Source: Dehalococcoidia bacterium
GTDB taxonomy: Bacteria > Chloroflexota > Dehalococcoidia > Lucifugimonadales > UBA3495
Reading direction: 5' to 3'
NCBI GenBank assembly: GCA_963692995.1
Contig: OY843611.1
Span: 422,748 to 486,747, forward strand
DNA: 64,000 nucleotides
A model generated the notes under the pieces. It did not search any database. It saw nothing but the letters and a program-made list of their open reading frames with translations, and was not told the DNA's origin. The first letter of the stretch is position 1. The number at the start of each line of letters is the position of its first letter. Shown here in pieces: positions 1 through 8,811 of the stretch. Made by a program: the position numbers and the translations under genes.

Positions 1-2
1 GC

Positions 3-497
3 CGCGCTCGCGACCGGGACACCGGGCGCACCGCAAGCCGCTCTCAGGAGATCCAGCGTCTTATTGGACGCTCCCTCCGCGCTGCCACGGACCTGAATGC
101 CTTGGGTGAGCGGGCCATTTACCTGGACTGCGATGTGCTCCAGGCCGACGGCGGTACCCGCACCGCCGCCATCACCGGCGCCTACGTCGCGCTGCGGGAG
201 GCGCTGGCCGCATTGGTGGATGACGGCAAGCTGGAACGCATCCCGCTCCGCTGCGCCGTCGCCGCCATCAGCGTCGGCCTGCGCAACGGCGGCCTGCTGC
301 TGGATTTGGACTACTCGGAAGACTCTGCCGCCGACGCCGATTTCAACATCGTAATGACCGATGCCGGCGACCTGGTGGAGATACAGGCCACCGCCGAAGG
401 CGAACCGTTCCCCCGCCAACGGGTCGGCGAGGCGATAACGCTGGCCGCAAGGGGAATGGAGCGGCTATTTGCGGCGCAGCGCAACCCGGCGCGGTGA
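3..497 (+). CDS. rph: ribonuclease PH (5' end cut by window edge)
   Basis: Frame is open from base 3. Translation ...QEIQRLIGRSLRAATDLNALGERAIYLDCDVLQADGGTRTAAITGAYVAL... is the conserved RNase PH core. Stop at 495-497. Confidence 0.9.
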   Translation, partial: RARDRDTGRTASRSQEIQRLIGRSLRAATDLNALGERAIYLDCDVLQADGGTRTAAITGAYVALREALAALVDDGKLERIPLRCAVAAISVGLRNGGLLLDLDYSEDSAADADFNIVMTDAGDLVEIQATAEGEPFPRQRVGEAITLAARGMERLFAAQRNPAR

Positions 498-524
498 CGA
501 CGCGAAGTCGCGGATGCGGTTAGC

Positions 525-3182
525 CTAACTGCTCACCGCCCCCTCCGCGTCCAGCAGCGTCAGCCCGTAGCCCAGCCTCCGCAGCGGCTCTTCGACCTGG
601 CTTCGGTCGCCCACCACCAGAACGGTAAGCCGGTTGGGCGAGAGGCGCTCGGCGCCCACACGATGGGTGTCGGTCAGGCTTACTCCCGCCAAGCGTTCCT
701 CAAAGGTGCGGAAGTAGTCATCAGGGAGGCCGAATTGGACCAGAGTTACCAGCTGGCCGAGCAGTTGCGCCGGACGCTCAAACCCGGCGGGATAACCCAG
801 GCGCAGGCCGTTGCGGGCGTTTTCCAGCTCTTCAGCGGTGAGGGGACGCTGGCCGCTGATGTCCTCGAACTCTCGCAGGGTTTCAAAAACGGCCTCCCGG
901 GTCACCGCCGTCTGCACGCTGCCGCCCGCCGACAGCAGCGACGGCGCGTTGTACCACGATATGCCGGAGTTGTAGCCGTATGAGTACCCCTTGTCCTGGC
1001 GCAGGTTCCGGTTGAGCCGGGCCGAGAACTGGCCGCCGAAAGCATAGTTCAGCACCGACAGCGCCATGAAGTCGGGGTGGTTCCGCTCCACCAGCGTCAT
1101 CCCGGCGCGGATGACCGACTGGGCCGCTCCCGGCTTGTCGATCAAATAGATGCGCGGCCCGCCGGCGGTCGAACCGACGCTTGCGCCGATACCGGCCGCC
1201 GCCTCTGCCGGCGCGCGCCAATCGCCGAAGCATTCTTCCGCTGCGGCCACCGCCTCAGCAACGCCGACATCGCCCGCCACCAACAGGCAGAGACGGTCGG
1301 GCCGGAGCGCCTGAAAGTGCCGCGCCAGCAGATCGGCCCGTTGTACGGCAGACACCGTGGCCTCGTTGCCCAAATTGGAGTGAGCATAGGGCGATTTTGG
1401 CCCGAACACCAGCGGGCCGAAATTGGTGTCGGCCACGAACCCGGCTTCGTCGCGGGCCCGGCGCAGGTCGGTGAGGCGTTCCCGTCGTACCCGCTCCAGC
1501 TCGTGATCCGGGAAGCTGGCGTGGCGCGCCACGTCGGCGGCCAGGCCCAGCGCGTGCCGCCAGTGGCGGTTCAGCGTCTCCGCCGTCAACAGGGTCAGTT
1601 CTTTGCGGGCCTCCGTTCCCAGCCGCGCGCCGATATGCTCGAAGGCCGCGGAGATTTCCTGGCTGGTGCGTGTTGTGGTGCCTTCGTCCATCATCGCCGC
1701 AGTGAAGGACGACAGGCCGGGCAGTTCGGTCGGGTCGTCGGTGGCGCCGGCCCGGGCCAGCAGGGCGAAGGACACCAGAGGCAGGCCGGATTTGTTGGCG
1801 ACGATGACCTCCATTCCGTTGCTGAGACGTCCCCGCTGGGGGCGGGACGGCACGAAAGCCGGCGTCGGCCCGCCGTCCGGCTGCCGGGTGCGGTCAACTG
1901 TGACTGTTGCGGGGGACAGCGGGCGTTCGGGGTACACGCGCATTCGCACCTGCCCGCTATCCATTATTTGCCGGTGCACCCGCAGCACGTCCGCTTGGGA
2001 TACCTTGCGGTAATCCGCCATGGCCGTGTTCAATCCGTCGGGGTCGCCGGTGTACACGTTGAAGTAGTTGAGCGCGTCGGCCCGCCCGCCGAACCCGCCC
2101 ACGCGGGCCAGCATCCGATAGTGCTGCATCTCGATACGGTTGATGGCCCGCTCGAACTCCTCGTCGGTCGGCGGCTCCGCGGCAATGCTGGCCAGCACCT
2201 CTTCAGCGGCCGCTTCTACCTCACCCAGCGTATGTCCGTCCGCCGGCGTAAGTTCCATGCGGAACTGGCCGGCGATCTCGGCGGCATAGTAACTAACCGA
2301 GGCCGACTGCGCGATCTGCTTCTCATAGACCAGCGTGCGGTACATCCGGCTGCTGTGCCCGTCGGACAGGATGGCGCGCAAGATGTCGCCGGCGTCGTCG
2401 TCGCCGGACAGATTAGCCGGCGCCAGCCACACCGAGTACAGCCGCGGCAGCGTAACCCGGTCGGTCATCTCCAGGTCAACCCGGCCCATCAGAGGCGAAT
2501 CAGCCCTCCCGATGCGGCGCACGGCCGGCCCCGGGGCCAGGTCGGCAAAGTAGCGGTGGGCCAGATCATGGGCCGCCGCGGTGTCGATGTCGCCGGCGAT
2601 GCAAAGGCTCGCGTTGGACGGGGAATAGTACCGGCGGAAGAAGTCCTTCACGTCATCCAGCGTGGCGGCGTCCAGATCCTCCTGGGAGCCAATGGTCATC
2701 CAGTTGTACGGGTGCGGCAACGGAAAAAGGGCCTGCTGAATGTGCCACTGGGCCATTCCGTAGGGACGGTTCTCGTAACTCTGCCGCCGCTCGTTCTTCA
2801 CCACGTCGCGCTCGGTGTCGAAACCCTCCTGGTCCAGGGCGTCCAGCAGGAACCCCATGCGGTCGGCCTCCAGCCACAGCGCCAGCTCAAGGTAGTTGGA
2901 CGGCACGTCCTCCCAGTAGTTGGTGCGGTCGCCGGTAGTGGAGCCGTTGAGGCTGGCCCCGATCTTCTGCAACGGCTCAAAATGGCTGGCCTTGTGGTGC
3001 CGCGTCCCGCGAAACATGATGTGCTCGAAGAGATGGGCGAACCCGGTCCGTCCCACCTCTTCGTCCTTGGAACCCACGTGGTACCAGACGTTGACTGCGG
3101 CCACCGGAATGGAACGATCCTGGTGCAAGATGACATCCAGGCCGTTGGGCAAAGTGTGTTTTTCAAAAGCGATACCAGCCAT
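525..3182 (-). CDS. M16 (insulinase/pitrilysin) family zinc peptidase, two-unit form (~885 aa)
   Basis: 944-aa ORF with the inverted zinc motif HLFEHIMFRG (HxxEH) near the N-terminus and a second M16-like half without it. Start moved to ATG 3182 (MAGIAFEKHTLPNGLDV...), a typical M16 N-terminus. Confidence 0.85.
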   Translation of the reverse strand: MAGIAFEKHTLPNGLDVILHQDRSIPVAAVNVWYHVGSKDEEVGRTGFAHLFEHIMFRGTRHHKASHFEPLQKIGASLNGSTTGDRTNYWEDVPSNYLELALWLEADRMGFLLDALDQEGFDTERDVVKNERRQSYENRPYGMAQWHIQQALFPLPHPYNWMTIGSQEDLDAATLDDVKDFFRRYYSPSNASLCIAGDIDTAAAHDLAHRYFADLAPGPAVRRIGRADSPLMGRVDLEMTDRVTLPRLYSVWLAPANLSGDDDAGDILRAILSDGHSSRMYRTLVYEKQIAQSASVSYYAAEIAGQFRMELTPADGHTLGEVEAAAEEVLASIAAEPPTDEEFERAINRIEMQHYRMLARVGGFGGRADALNYFNVYTGDPDGLNTAMADYRKVSQADVLRVHRQIMDSGQVRMRVYPERPLSPATVTVDRTRQPDGGPTPAFVPSRPQRGRLSNGMEVIVANKSGLPLVSFALLARAGATDDPTELPGLSSFTAAMMDEGTTTRTSQEISAAFEHIGARLGTEARKELTLLTAETLNRHWRHALGLAADVARHASFPDHELERVRRERLTDLRRARDEAGFVADTNFGPLVFGPKSPYAHSNLGNEATVSAVQRADLLARHFQALRPDRLCLLVAGDVGVAEAVAAAEECFGDWRAPAEAAAGIGASVGSTAGGPRIYLIDKPGAAQSVIRAGMTLVERNHPDFMALSVLNYAFGGQFSARLNRNLRQDKGYSYGYNSGISWYNAPSLLSAGGSVQTAVTREAVFETLREFEDISGQRPLTAEELENARNGLRLGYPAGFERPAQLLGQLVTLVQFGLPDDYFRTFEERLAGVSLTDTHRVGAERLSPNRLTVLVVGDRSQVEEPLRRLGYGLTLLDAEGAVSS

Positions 3183-3384
3183 AAAGCAGCGTCCTTTGGG
3201 GAGGGGGAAAGCGTGGGTAACGGGGAAGCGGGCACGATGCGGCCATTGTAGCACCGGACACTCCGGTTCTTTAGTAGCAAGGGTCGGCGGAAGGCCGGCC
3301 TGTCCGGAAACAAAATCCGGGGTTTCGCAATTTCCTCCCGGTGGTATATTGCGAACCACAAAACGCCTATCGTGAGAATGTGAA

Positions 3385-3768
3385 GTGCTTTACGAAGTTG
3401 CAGTGGTCGCCGACGGCAACAGCCCCATGGACCTCAACCGGGTCTTTGACCTGCTCACCGACCCCCGGCCGGCGCGGCGCATCATCGCGCCCGATCCCAG
3501 GGGCAACGATGTTTGGTGCGACGTTACCGGGTGGGAGAACGGGGTATCCTGTCCCGCCATGGCCGCGCTGTCGGAGGATTCCGGCGAGGGCGTGATAATG
3601 CTCATCTACGGCGGCGAGGACGGCATCCGCCTCAAGCCGGCTGAAGACCCCGCCGACTGGGACACCGATGACGCCCGGCAGTGGGGCGAAGCGTGCCTGA
3701 TGCTGGGCAGCGACGTGAGGATTGAGTACGCGCCGCCCGCGGGGGACTGCTCCCGGTGCCCTGATTGA
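3385..3768 (+). CDS. hypothetical protein (acidic, no recognised domain)
   Basis: 127-aa ORF with a GTG start, lying in the divergent intergenic gap next to the peptidase. Codon usage looks like that of neighbouring genes. No motif recognised. Confidence 0.45.
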   Translation: MLYEVAVVADGNSPMDLNRVFDLLTDPRPARRIIAPDPRGNDVWCDVTGWENGVSCPAMAALSEDSGEGVIMLIYGGEDGIRLKPAEDPADWDTDDARQWGEACLMLGSDVRIEYAPPAGDCSRCPD

Positions 3769-3986
3769 CCGCTGGGCAAGCTATTCGCCTCAAATCCGCA
3801 ACGGACTTACTACGCTGGCCTTGAAACAGCCCGCCCCCAGCTTCGCCGACGCCTTGCTACTGGCCCGCAAGGGAGTAAAGCCGGAATATACCAGCCGGAC
3901 ATCTCACGGCATACGCCCGCTCAGTGATGAACCTACGCTCCCGCTACGTCAAACATATGGGAGCGTTGCACGGCAACTGCAAACTG

Positions 3987-4113
3987 CGTCATTCCCGCGC
4001 AAGCGGGAATCCAGCGAGTGGAAAACAAAGCCGGTTTTCCGCGGGCCGTGATTTTCCAGGTTCCGGCTTGCGCCGGAACGACGGTGTGATTTCCTGTTTT
4101 TAAACCGGCCCTA
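3987..4113 (+). repeat. composite hairpin repeat (MITE/REP-like), copy 1
   Basis: Hairpin unit CGTCATTCCCGCGCAAGCGGGAATCC (3987-4012) plus an inverted diverged unit GGTTCCGGCTTGCGCCGGAACGACG (4059-4083). Tail is GTGTGATTTCCTGTTTTTAAACCGGCCCTA. The same architecture occurs at 44.0 kb and 62.7 kb. Confidence 0.75.
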
Positions 4114-4149
4114 GCAACAGACGGTGCGGGGCCGGCAAAGCTAATCAAC

Positions 4150-5022
4150 CTAAGGCAGGCTGATGTTGTAAAGCCCAATGCTGTCAACATCCGTTCCAAC
4201 AACGCCTCTGCTGGTATCGTAAGCACCAAAGCCAACAGCATAGATGGCAGTTTTGGCAGCGGTCGGCACGTCCCAGATTTGGCATCCGTTGCCCGCAACT
4301 CCCGGTTCTAACCGTTGGTGAGTGGTTGACACCGCAAATCCGATGCCGGTATCAGTATCAATTATGGTGTCGTAACCTGCCTCCAGCCAAGAAGCGCCAT
4401 CGTACTTATGCCGAAAGGTTCCGCAAACCTTGACAAACCTACGTCCGACTCTAGGGGAGAACAACTGCGTAGGGTCGTCTGCGTAATTAAGCGTTACGCC
4501 GGCCGGCGTAGTTGCCGACGTAAGCGTGAACGATGTGTCCGCGATGCCGGATACGGTGTCGCCAACCCCCAGGTAGCCTTCGGCGCTCACCGGCAACCCG
4601 GTGATTGGGCAAAGGTGAGCCGTAGCCGTCTCTGCTGTCGCCTGTGCGTAAACCCAACCCGAGCGGATAGTATAACTATAGGTTTCTCTCTCGGCTTGAA
4701 CCGCGAAATCGTAGGACACGCCAACCGTAAAGCCAGACCAGTGAAAGTTTGTGTGAAGGGTCTTGGAGCAATCCCACGCGTCGCTGCCCGATTCAGCAGA
4801 TTTCTTCTGGCAAATCCAGTAATGCGTAGCCCTCGCCACCGCATTCCATCGTAGATCAATCTCCCCCTCCAGCCCGCTGGGCCGGGCGGTGAAGTTGGTC
4901 GGGGCCGGCAGGCTATTCTGCGCGAACACTGCTCTTGTTGCCCCTCCCCCCAAGTTTGACGCCGCCAGAACCATTGCCAGCGTCAAAAAGGCGGTTGCGC
5001 TACGGATAGCCAGTTTTCGCAT
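4150..5022 (-). CDS. secreted hypothetical protein with fibronectin-III-like N-terminal module
   Basis: AGGAGG sits 6 nt upstream of the ATG. Signal peptide MRKLAIRSATAFLTLAMVLAASNLGGGATRAVFA. Then PAPTNFTARPSGLEGEIDLRWNAVARATHYWI, which is FN3-like. AT-richer than flanks by eye. Confidence 0.7.
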   Translation of the reverse strand: MRKLAIRSATAFLTLAMVLAASNLGGGATRAVFAQNSLPAPTNFTARPSGLEGEIDLRWNAVARATHYWICQKKSAESGSDAWDCSKTLHTNFHWSGFTVGVSYDFAVQAERETYSYTIRSGWVYAQATAETATAHLCPITGLPVSAEGYLGVGDTVSGIADTSFTLTSATTPAGVTLNYADDPTQLFSPRVGRRFVKVCGTFRHKYDGASWLEAGYDTIIDTDTGIGFAVSTTHQRLEPGVAGNGCQIWDVPTAAKTAIYAVGFGAYDTSRGVVGTDVDSIGLYNISLP

Positions 5023-5051
5023 TTCGGGCCTCCTGGTGTTGAGGGATTGCG

Positions 5052-6329
5052 TTATGGCGCTTCTTCACCAGGCGGCGCATCGGGCCATTCGTCGGAAAGC
5101 GAAACCGGCTTCGCCGCGGCGGTCAACGCAGCCAGTACGCCGGAAAGGTCCCGACGGTAGCCGGCCTTGCGGTCTTTGCGGGGCCGCACCCGGGCCGTCG
5201 GATTGGCCTGGAGCCGCTGATAGAGTTCAGCGCTGCCACCATCCAGGCAATCGTCCAGGGCAAGGGTGGCAACGTACACCCGCCGCGCCGGCGATTCGGC
5301 CTGACGCTGCATTATTTCCTGGTACAAGCGCCAGCAGGCCGGGCTTTCCAGCGCGTCCCGTGAGCAGAGCAGAGCTACCCGGTCGAAGTTGCGAAAACGG
5401 CTCATCGGCGGATAGACCGACGTGTTGTACGCCGTCTCCTCATCGTCGGCGAGCAAACTCCAGCACTGCATTCCGCGCTGGCGCAGTTCGCTTTCCAGCC
5501 AAACTAGCATCGTGTCGTCAGCAACCGACCCGATGAGCAATATGCGCCGGTGCGGATCTTCCTGGTTGACCAGCATTGCCCGCCCGTTGATGAACTCGGG
5601 CGGCACTCCCGCCGACATCAGGAAGACTCTGGGGATGCCGCCGCGGGATCGGGCCAGGGTGTCCGCGCCCACGATGCTGGGGCCCTCGTGTCGCAGGGTT
5701 TCCAGTCGCAGCGCCTCGCTCAGGTCGCAGTCGGCAAACAGCGTCATGTCCACTACGCCGTCTTCCAGCAGCGTCCGGTCCAGCCGCGTCCGCACCAGTA
5801 CGGCGCGGCGCAGGTCGCAACGGGTCAGATTGGCCACGTTCAGGCAGGCGGCGTTGAGGCGGGCCCCGTTCAGGTTGGCGTCGGTGAGGTCGGCCATGGT
5901 GAGATCAGCTTCGGTGAGGTCGGCGCCGGCCAGGTTCGCCCCGGCCAGCGTCGCAAAGGCCAGGTCGCAGTTGGACAAATCGGCGCCCCGCAGATCGGCG
6001 CCGCTGAGGTTGCCGCCCTGCAAGTTGGACCGGATGAAGGATATGCCGGACGCATGGGAGTCGGCGAAGCTGGCCCGGTTAAGGTTGCACCGGGACAGGT
6101 GGGCCTCCCGAAGCCAGGCGCCGCCAAAATTGGCGTTACGCAAATCGGAGCGCGTGAGGTCGATCTCGGTAAGGTCATCGAAGGCCAGGTCAACGCCCGG
6201 CATTCGTATGCCGCTCAAATAGGCTCCGGACAGGTCGAGATGAGCGCGGCCCTGGAAGAAGCGCGCCCGCCAGCGCGCCACGGCGAAAGTGCGCCCTTTG
6301 ACAACGGCGACGTGGTCGGGGTTTGCCAA
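5052..6329 (-). CDS. pentapeptide-repeat protein with C-terminal TIR-like domain
   Basis: TTG start with GGAG upstream. Residues ~30-205 are continuous A(D/N)LxG-type pentapeptide repeats (ADLRGADLSNCDLAFATLAGANLAGADLTEADL...). Residues ~261-395 (RILLIGSVADDTMLVWLESELRQRGMQCWSLLADDEE...FDRVALLCSRDALESPACWRLYQEI) follow the bacterial TIR pattern. Confidence 0.8.
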   Translation of the reverse strand: MANPDHVAVVKGRTFAVARWRARFFQGRAHLDLSGAYLSGIRMPGVDLAFDDLTEIDLTRSDLRNANFGGAWLREAHLSRCNLNRASFADSHASGISFIRSNLQGGNLSGADLRGADLSNCDLAFATLAGANLAGADLTEADLTMADLTDANLNGARLNAACLNVANLTRCDLRRAVLVRTRLDRTLLEDGVVDMTLFADCDLSEALRLETLRHEGPSIVGADTLARSRGGIPRVFLMSAGVPPEFINGRAMLVNQEDPHRRILLIGSVADDTMLVWLESELRQRGMQCWSLLADDEETAYNTSVYPPMSRFRNFDRVALLCSRDALESPACWRLYQEIMQRQAESPARRVYVATLALDDCLDGGSAELYQRLQANPTARVRPRKDRKAGYRRDLSGVLAALTAAAKPVSLSDEWPDAPPGEEAP

Positions 6330-6333
6330 GCCG

Positions 6334-7544
6334 CTACTCCGGATGGGCGCGGCCGGCGAGCCTGGTTTCGGATCCTTCGGAAATCGGGGCCGTCAGCGCG
6401 GCCTCGCGCCCCGCGAAAGCGGGCATCACGTCGGAGGCGAAGATAGATAGCTGTTCGCGGAACTCGTGCCAGGGCATTCCTTCGGGCCATTGCAATACGA
6501 TGTCTTCCAGGCCGGGGTATTTATCCTCGATCTCCCGCAGGAAGGCAATGAAGTCGTCGGAGTTGCCGCAGAACCAGGCCTTTTGATCGACGCCGTCCTC
6601 GATGCGTGGCGTGCGGGCCGGCGCTCCGGGGGTACCCCAGGGTCGTCCCTGCTCGTCGGTGTAGCGGACGAAGCCGAAGGGAGCAAACCACTTGTAACGC
6701 TCGTCATGGAAGGGACGCACCCGCTCGATGGCTTCCTCGCGGTTGCCGGCGATGTAGAACCCGAAGCCCAAGGCCATATCGCCGCCCAGCGGGATGTCTC
6801 TCCCGGCGGCAGTGGCAGCGTCGTGGTACTGCGTGATCATTTGCTCGGCGTACCGCTCGCCCGTCAACGCCACCATGGCCTTGATGCCACGCTCGGCGAT
6901 GTAGCTCAGCGTGCGTCCGCTGGCGATGGGCTGCCAGATTTCCACCGGCTGGGTCAAGGGCCGGGGAACCATCGTGATCTCTTTCAGGTCATAACCCCGG
7001 TAGGGCACCTGCGGCGGAATGGTGTAGTGCTTTCCGCGGTGGCTCCAGGAATCTTCGTTGAACGCCTTGAGGATGACTTCCATCTGCTCCAGGAACAGTT
7101 CCCGGTTCGCGTCGTTGTCGATGACTGGCGCGCCGAAAGTTTCCACCTCGCGGGAGTGGTAGCCGCGCCCGACGCCGAAGATCATCCGCCCGCGGTAAGG
7201 ATGTCGGCCATGGCGAAGTCCTCGGCTACGCGAAGGGGATGCCACATGGGGATGATGTTGAACGCCTGGCCGAACTTCAGGTTCTTGGTTTGTCCGGCCA
7301 GGTGGACGCCCATGAGAATGAGGTTGGGGATGCACTCATAACCCTCATGCTGGAAGTGGTGTTCGGCCATCCACATGCAATAGAAGCCGCGCTCGTCCAG
7401 GTGCTGGGCCAGCGCCTCCGCATGCTCGTAAGCCTGGGCCAACTGGGCGTTGGTGTAACGACGCCCATCGGCCGGCGTACCGTCCGCCCCCACGTTGTCC
7501 AAGTCAATCTGCCCCACGTACAGAACCGAAAACCGCTTAATCAT
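6334..7544 (-). pseudogene. LLM-class (luciferase-like) flavin/F420-dependent oxidoreductase, interrupted by a frameshift
   Basis: The N-terminal part (7182-7544: MIKRFSVLYVG...WMAEHHFQHEGY...RVAEDFAMADILTAGG*) and the C-terminal part (frame of 6334-7335: ...RMIFGVGRGYHSREVETFG...) are consecutive parts of one LLM protein in different frames. One extra G in the run at 7189-7191 would restore ...ILTAGRMIFGVGRGY. Confidence 0.75.
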
Positions 7545-7649
7545 CCCGCCAATACTCCGCTCCAATAAGAGTTGCGCCGCATTATAGCATGGGGGTTGGC
7601 GGCCGGGCAGACACCGCGGCGAACAGCGCCGGGGCAATGGCTCCATCAT

Positions 7650-7736
7650 CGTCATTCCCGCGCAAGCGGGAGTCCAGCCTACGGCGTGCGTGCGAGACGG
7701 CGAAGGTTCACGTCATTCCCGCGCAAGCGGGAATCC
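7650..7736. repeat. two direct copies of the 26-bp hairpin unit
   Basis: CGTCATTCCCGCGCAAGCGGGAGTCC (7650-7675) and CGTCATTCCCGCGCAAGCGGGAATCC (7711-7736). Shadow ORFs over them translate to ...SFPRKRES... and ...IPAQAGIQ..., typical of spurious calls over such repeats. Confidence 0.7.
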
Positions 7737-7904
7737 AGCGACCGAATTCGTTAATCTTGTTGCCGTTTTATGGTGACCATGCCGGAGAGCGGGATGTTTC
7801 CCACGGTGAGTTGGTCCAATGCGGTATCGCCGGATGCCGCCAATCCGCCGGGCCAACCCGCTATAATCCCTCCATTCCAAATCGTGAAACAGGGAGGCAG
7901 TCCG

Positions 7905-8681
7905 ATGGATTTGACCCTTAACGGAAAGGTTGCGATGATCACCGGCGGCAGCCGCGGCCTGGGACGGCAGTGCGCCCTGGCCCTGGGGCGCGAGGGCTGC
8001 GCCGTGGCGATCTGCGGACGCGACGGCGATCAGGTAAAGCGTACCGCGGATGAACTCGCCGGGCTGGGCAGCAAGGCCAGCGGCAGCCGGGCCGACGTGA
8101 CTAACCCCGATGACGCCGCCCGCTTCCTGGAGGAAACCACCGACGCTCTGGGCGCGCCCGACATCCTGGTGAACAACGTGGGCGGCCGGCGTGGCTCGAC
8201 GCTCTTCGACGAAACCTCCATGGAACAGTTCATGGAAGGGCTGGAAGTGAATCTCATCTCGGCGGTGCGGATGACCAAGCTGGCGCTGCCCCATATGCAG
8301 GCCCAGGGCTGGGGCCGGGTCATCAACATCGCGTCCATTTACGGACGGGAGCACGGCGGCTCGGTGGACTATATGACCGGCAAGGCGGGGATGATCGCCT
8401 TCTCCAAGCACCTGGCCCTGCAACTGGCGCAGACGGGCGTGCTGGTCAACTGCGTGGCTCCCGGCAGCATCGACTTCCCCGGCAGCAGCTGGGACCGCTT
8501 CCAGCAGAACAACACGCCCGAGGTGGTGTCCGAGTTTATCGACCGCAACCTGCCCATGGGCAGGTTTGGCTGGCCGGAACCCATCGGCGAAACCGTCGCT
8601 TTCCTGGCATCGGACCGGGCCGGCCTGATCACCGGCGCGTGCATCAACGTGGACGGCGGACAGTCCAAGTCGCTGTTTTAG
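7905..8681 (+). CDS. SDR family oxidoreductase
   Basis: AGGGAGG lies upstream of ATG 7905. N-terminus MDLTLNGKVAMITGGSRGLG carries the TGxxxGxG Rossmann motif. Classical SDR length of 258 aa. Confidence 0.9.
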   Translation: MDLTLNGKVAMITGGSRGLGRQCALALGREGCAVAICGRDGDQVKRTADELAGLGSKASGSRADVTNPDDAARFLEETTDALGAPDILVNNVGGRRGSTLFDETSMEQFMEGLEVNLISAVRMTKLALPHMQAQGWGRVINIASIYGREHGGSVDYMTGKAGMIAFSKHLALQLAQTGVLVNCVAPGSIDFPGSSWDRFQQNNTPEVVSEFIDRNLPMGRFGWPEPIGETVAFLASDRAGLITGACINVDGGQSKSLF

Positions 8682-8743
8682 CGTCGGTGGGCAATTTGAA
8701 AACCGCACCGTTACGGGAATAACGGCGGGATGATAGGCCCGCT

Positions 8744-8769
8744 GGGTTCCCGCCTTCGCGGGAACGACG
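8744..8769. repeat. single inverted-orientation hairpin unit
   Basis: GGGTTCCCGCCTTCGCGGGAACGACG is the reverse-orientation variant of the CGTCATTCC...GGAATCC unit. Confidence 0.55.
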
Positions 8770-8811
8770 GCGTTGGTCAACGAGGGGAATGACGGCATTT
8801 GTCAACGCGCT

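Noticed and set aside
1077-3251. 724-aa plus-strand ORF
   Set aside because: It lies entirely antisense to the M16 peptidase. It is rich in Arg/Gly/Pro/Ala and has no motifs, which is the typical high-GC shadow ORF.
5052-6329. Thoeris system (TIR protein as ThsB)
   Set aside because: No ThsA-like SIR2/SLOG or Macro gene is present nearby. The TIR-like domain is fused to pentapeptide repeats instead.
7713-8798. 361-aa minus-strand ORF
   Set aside because: Antisense to the SDR gene, and it runs through hairpin repeats. No motifs.
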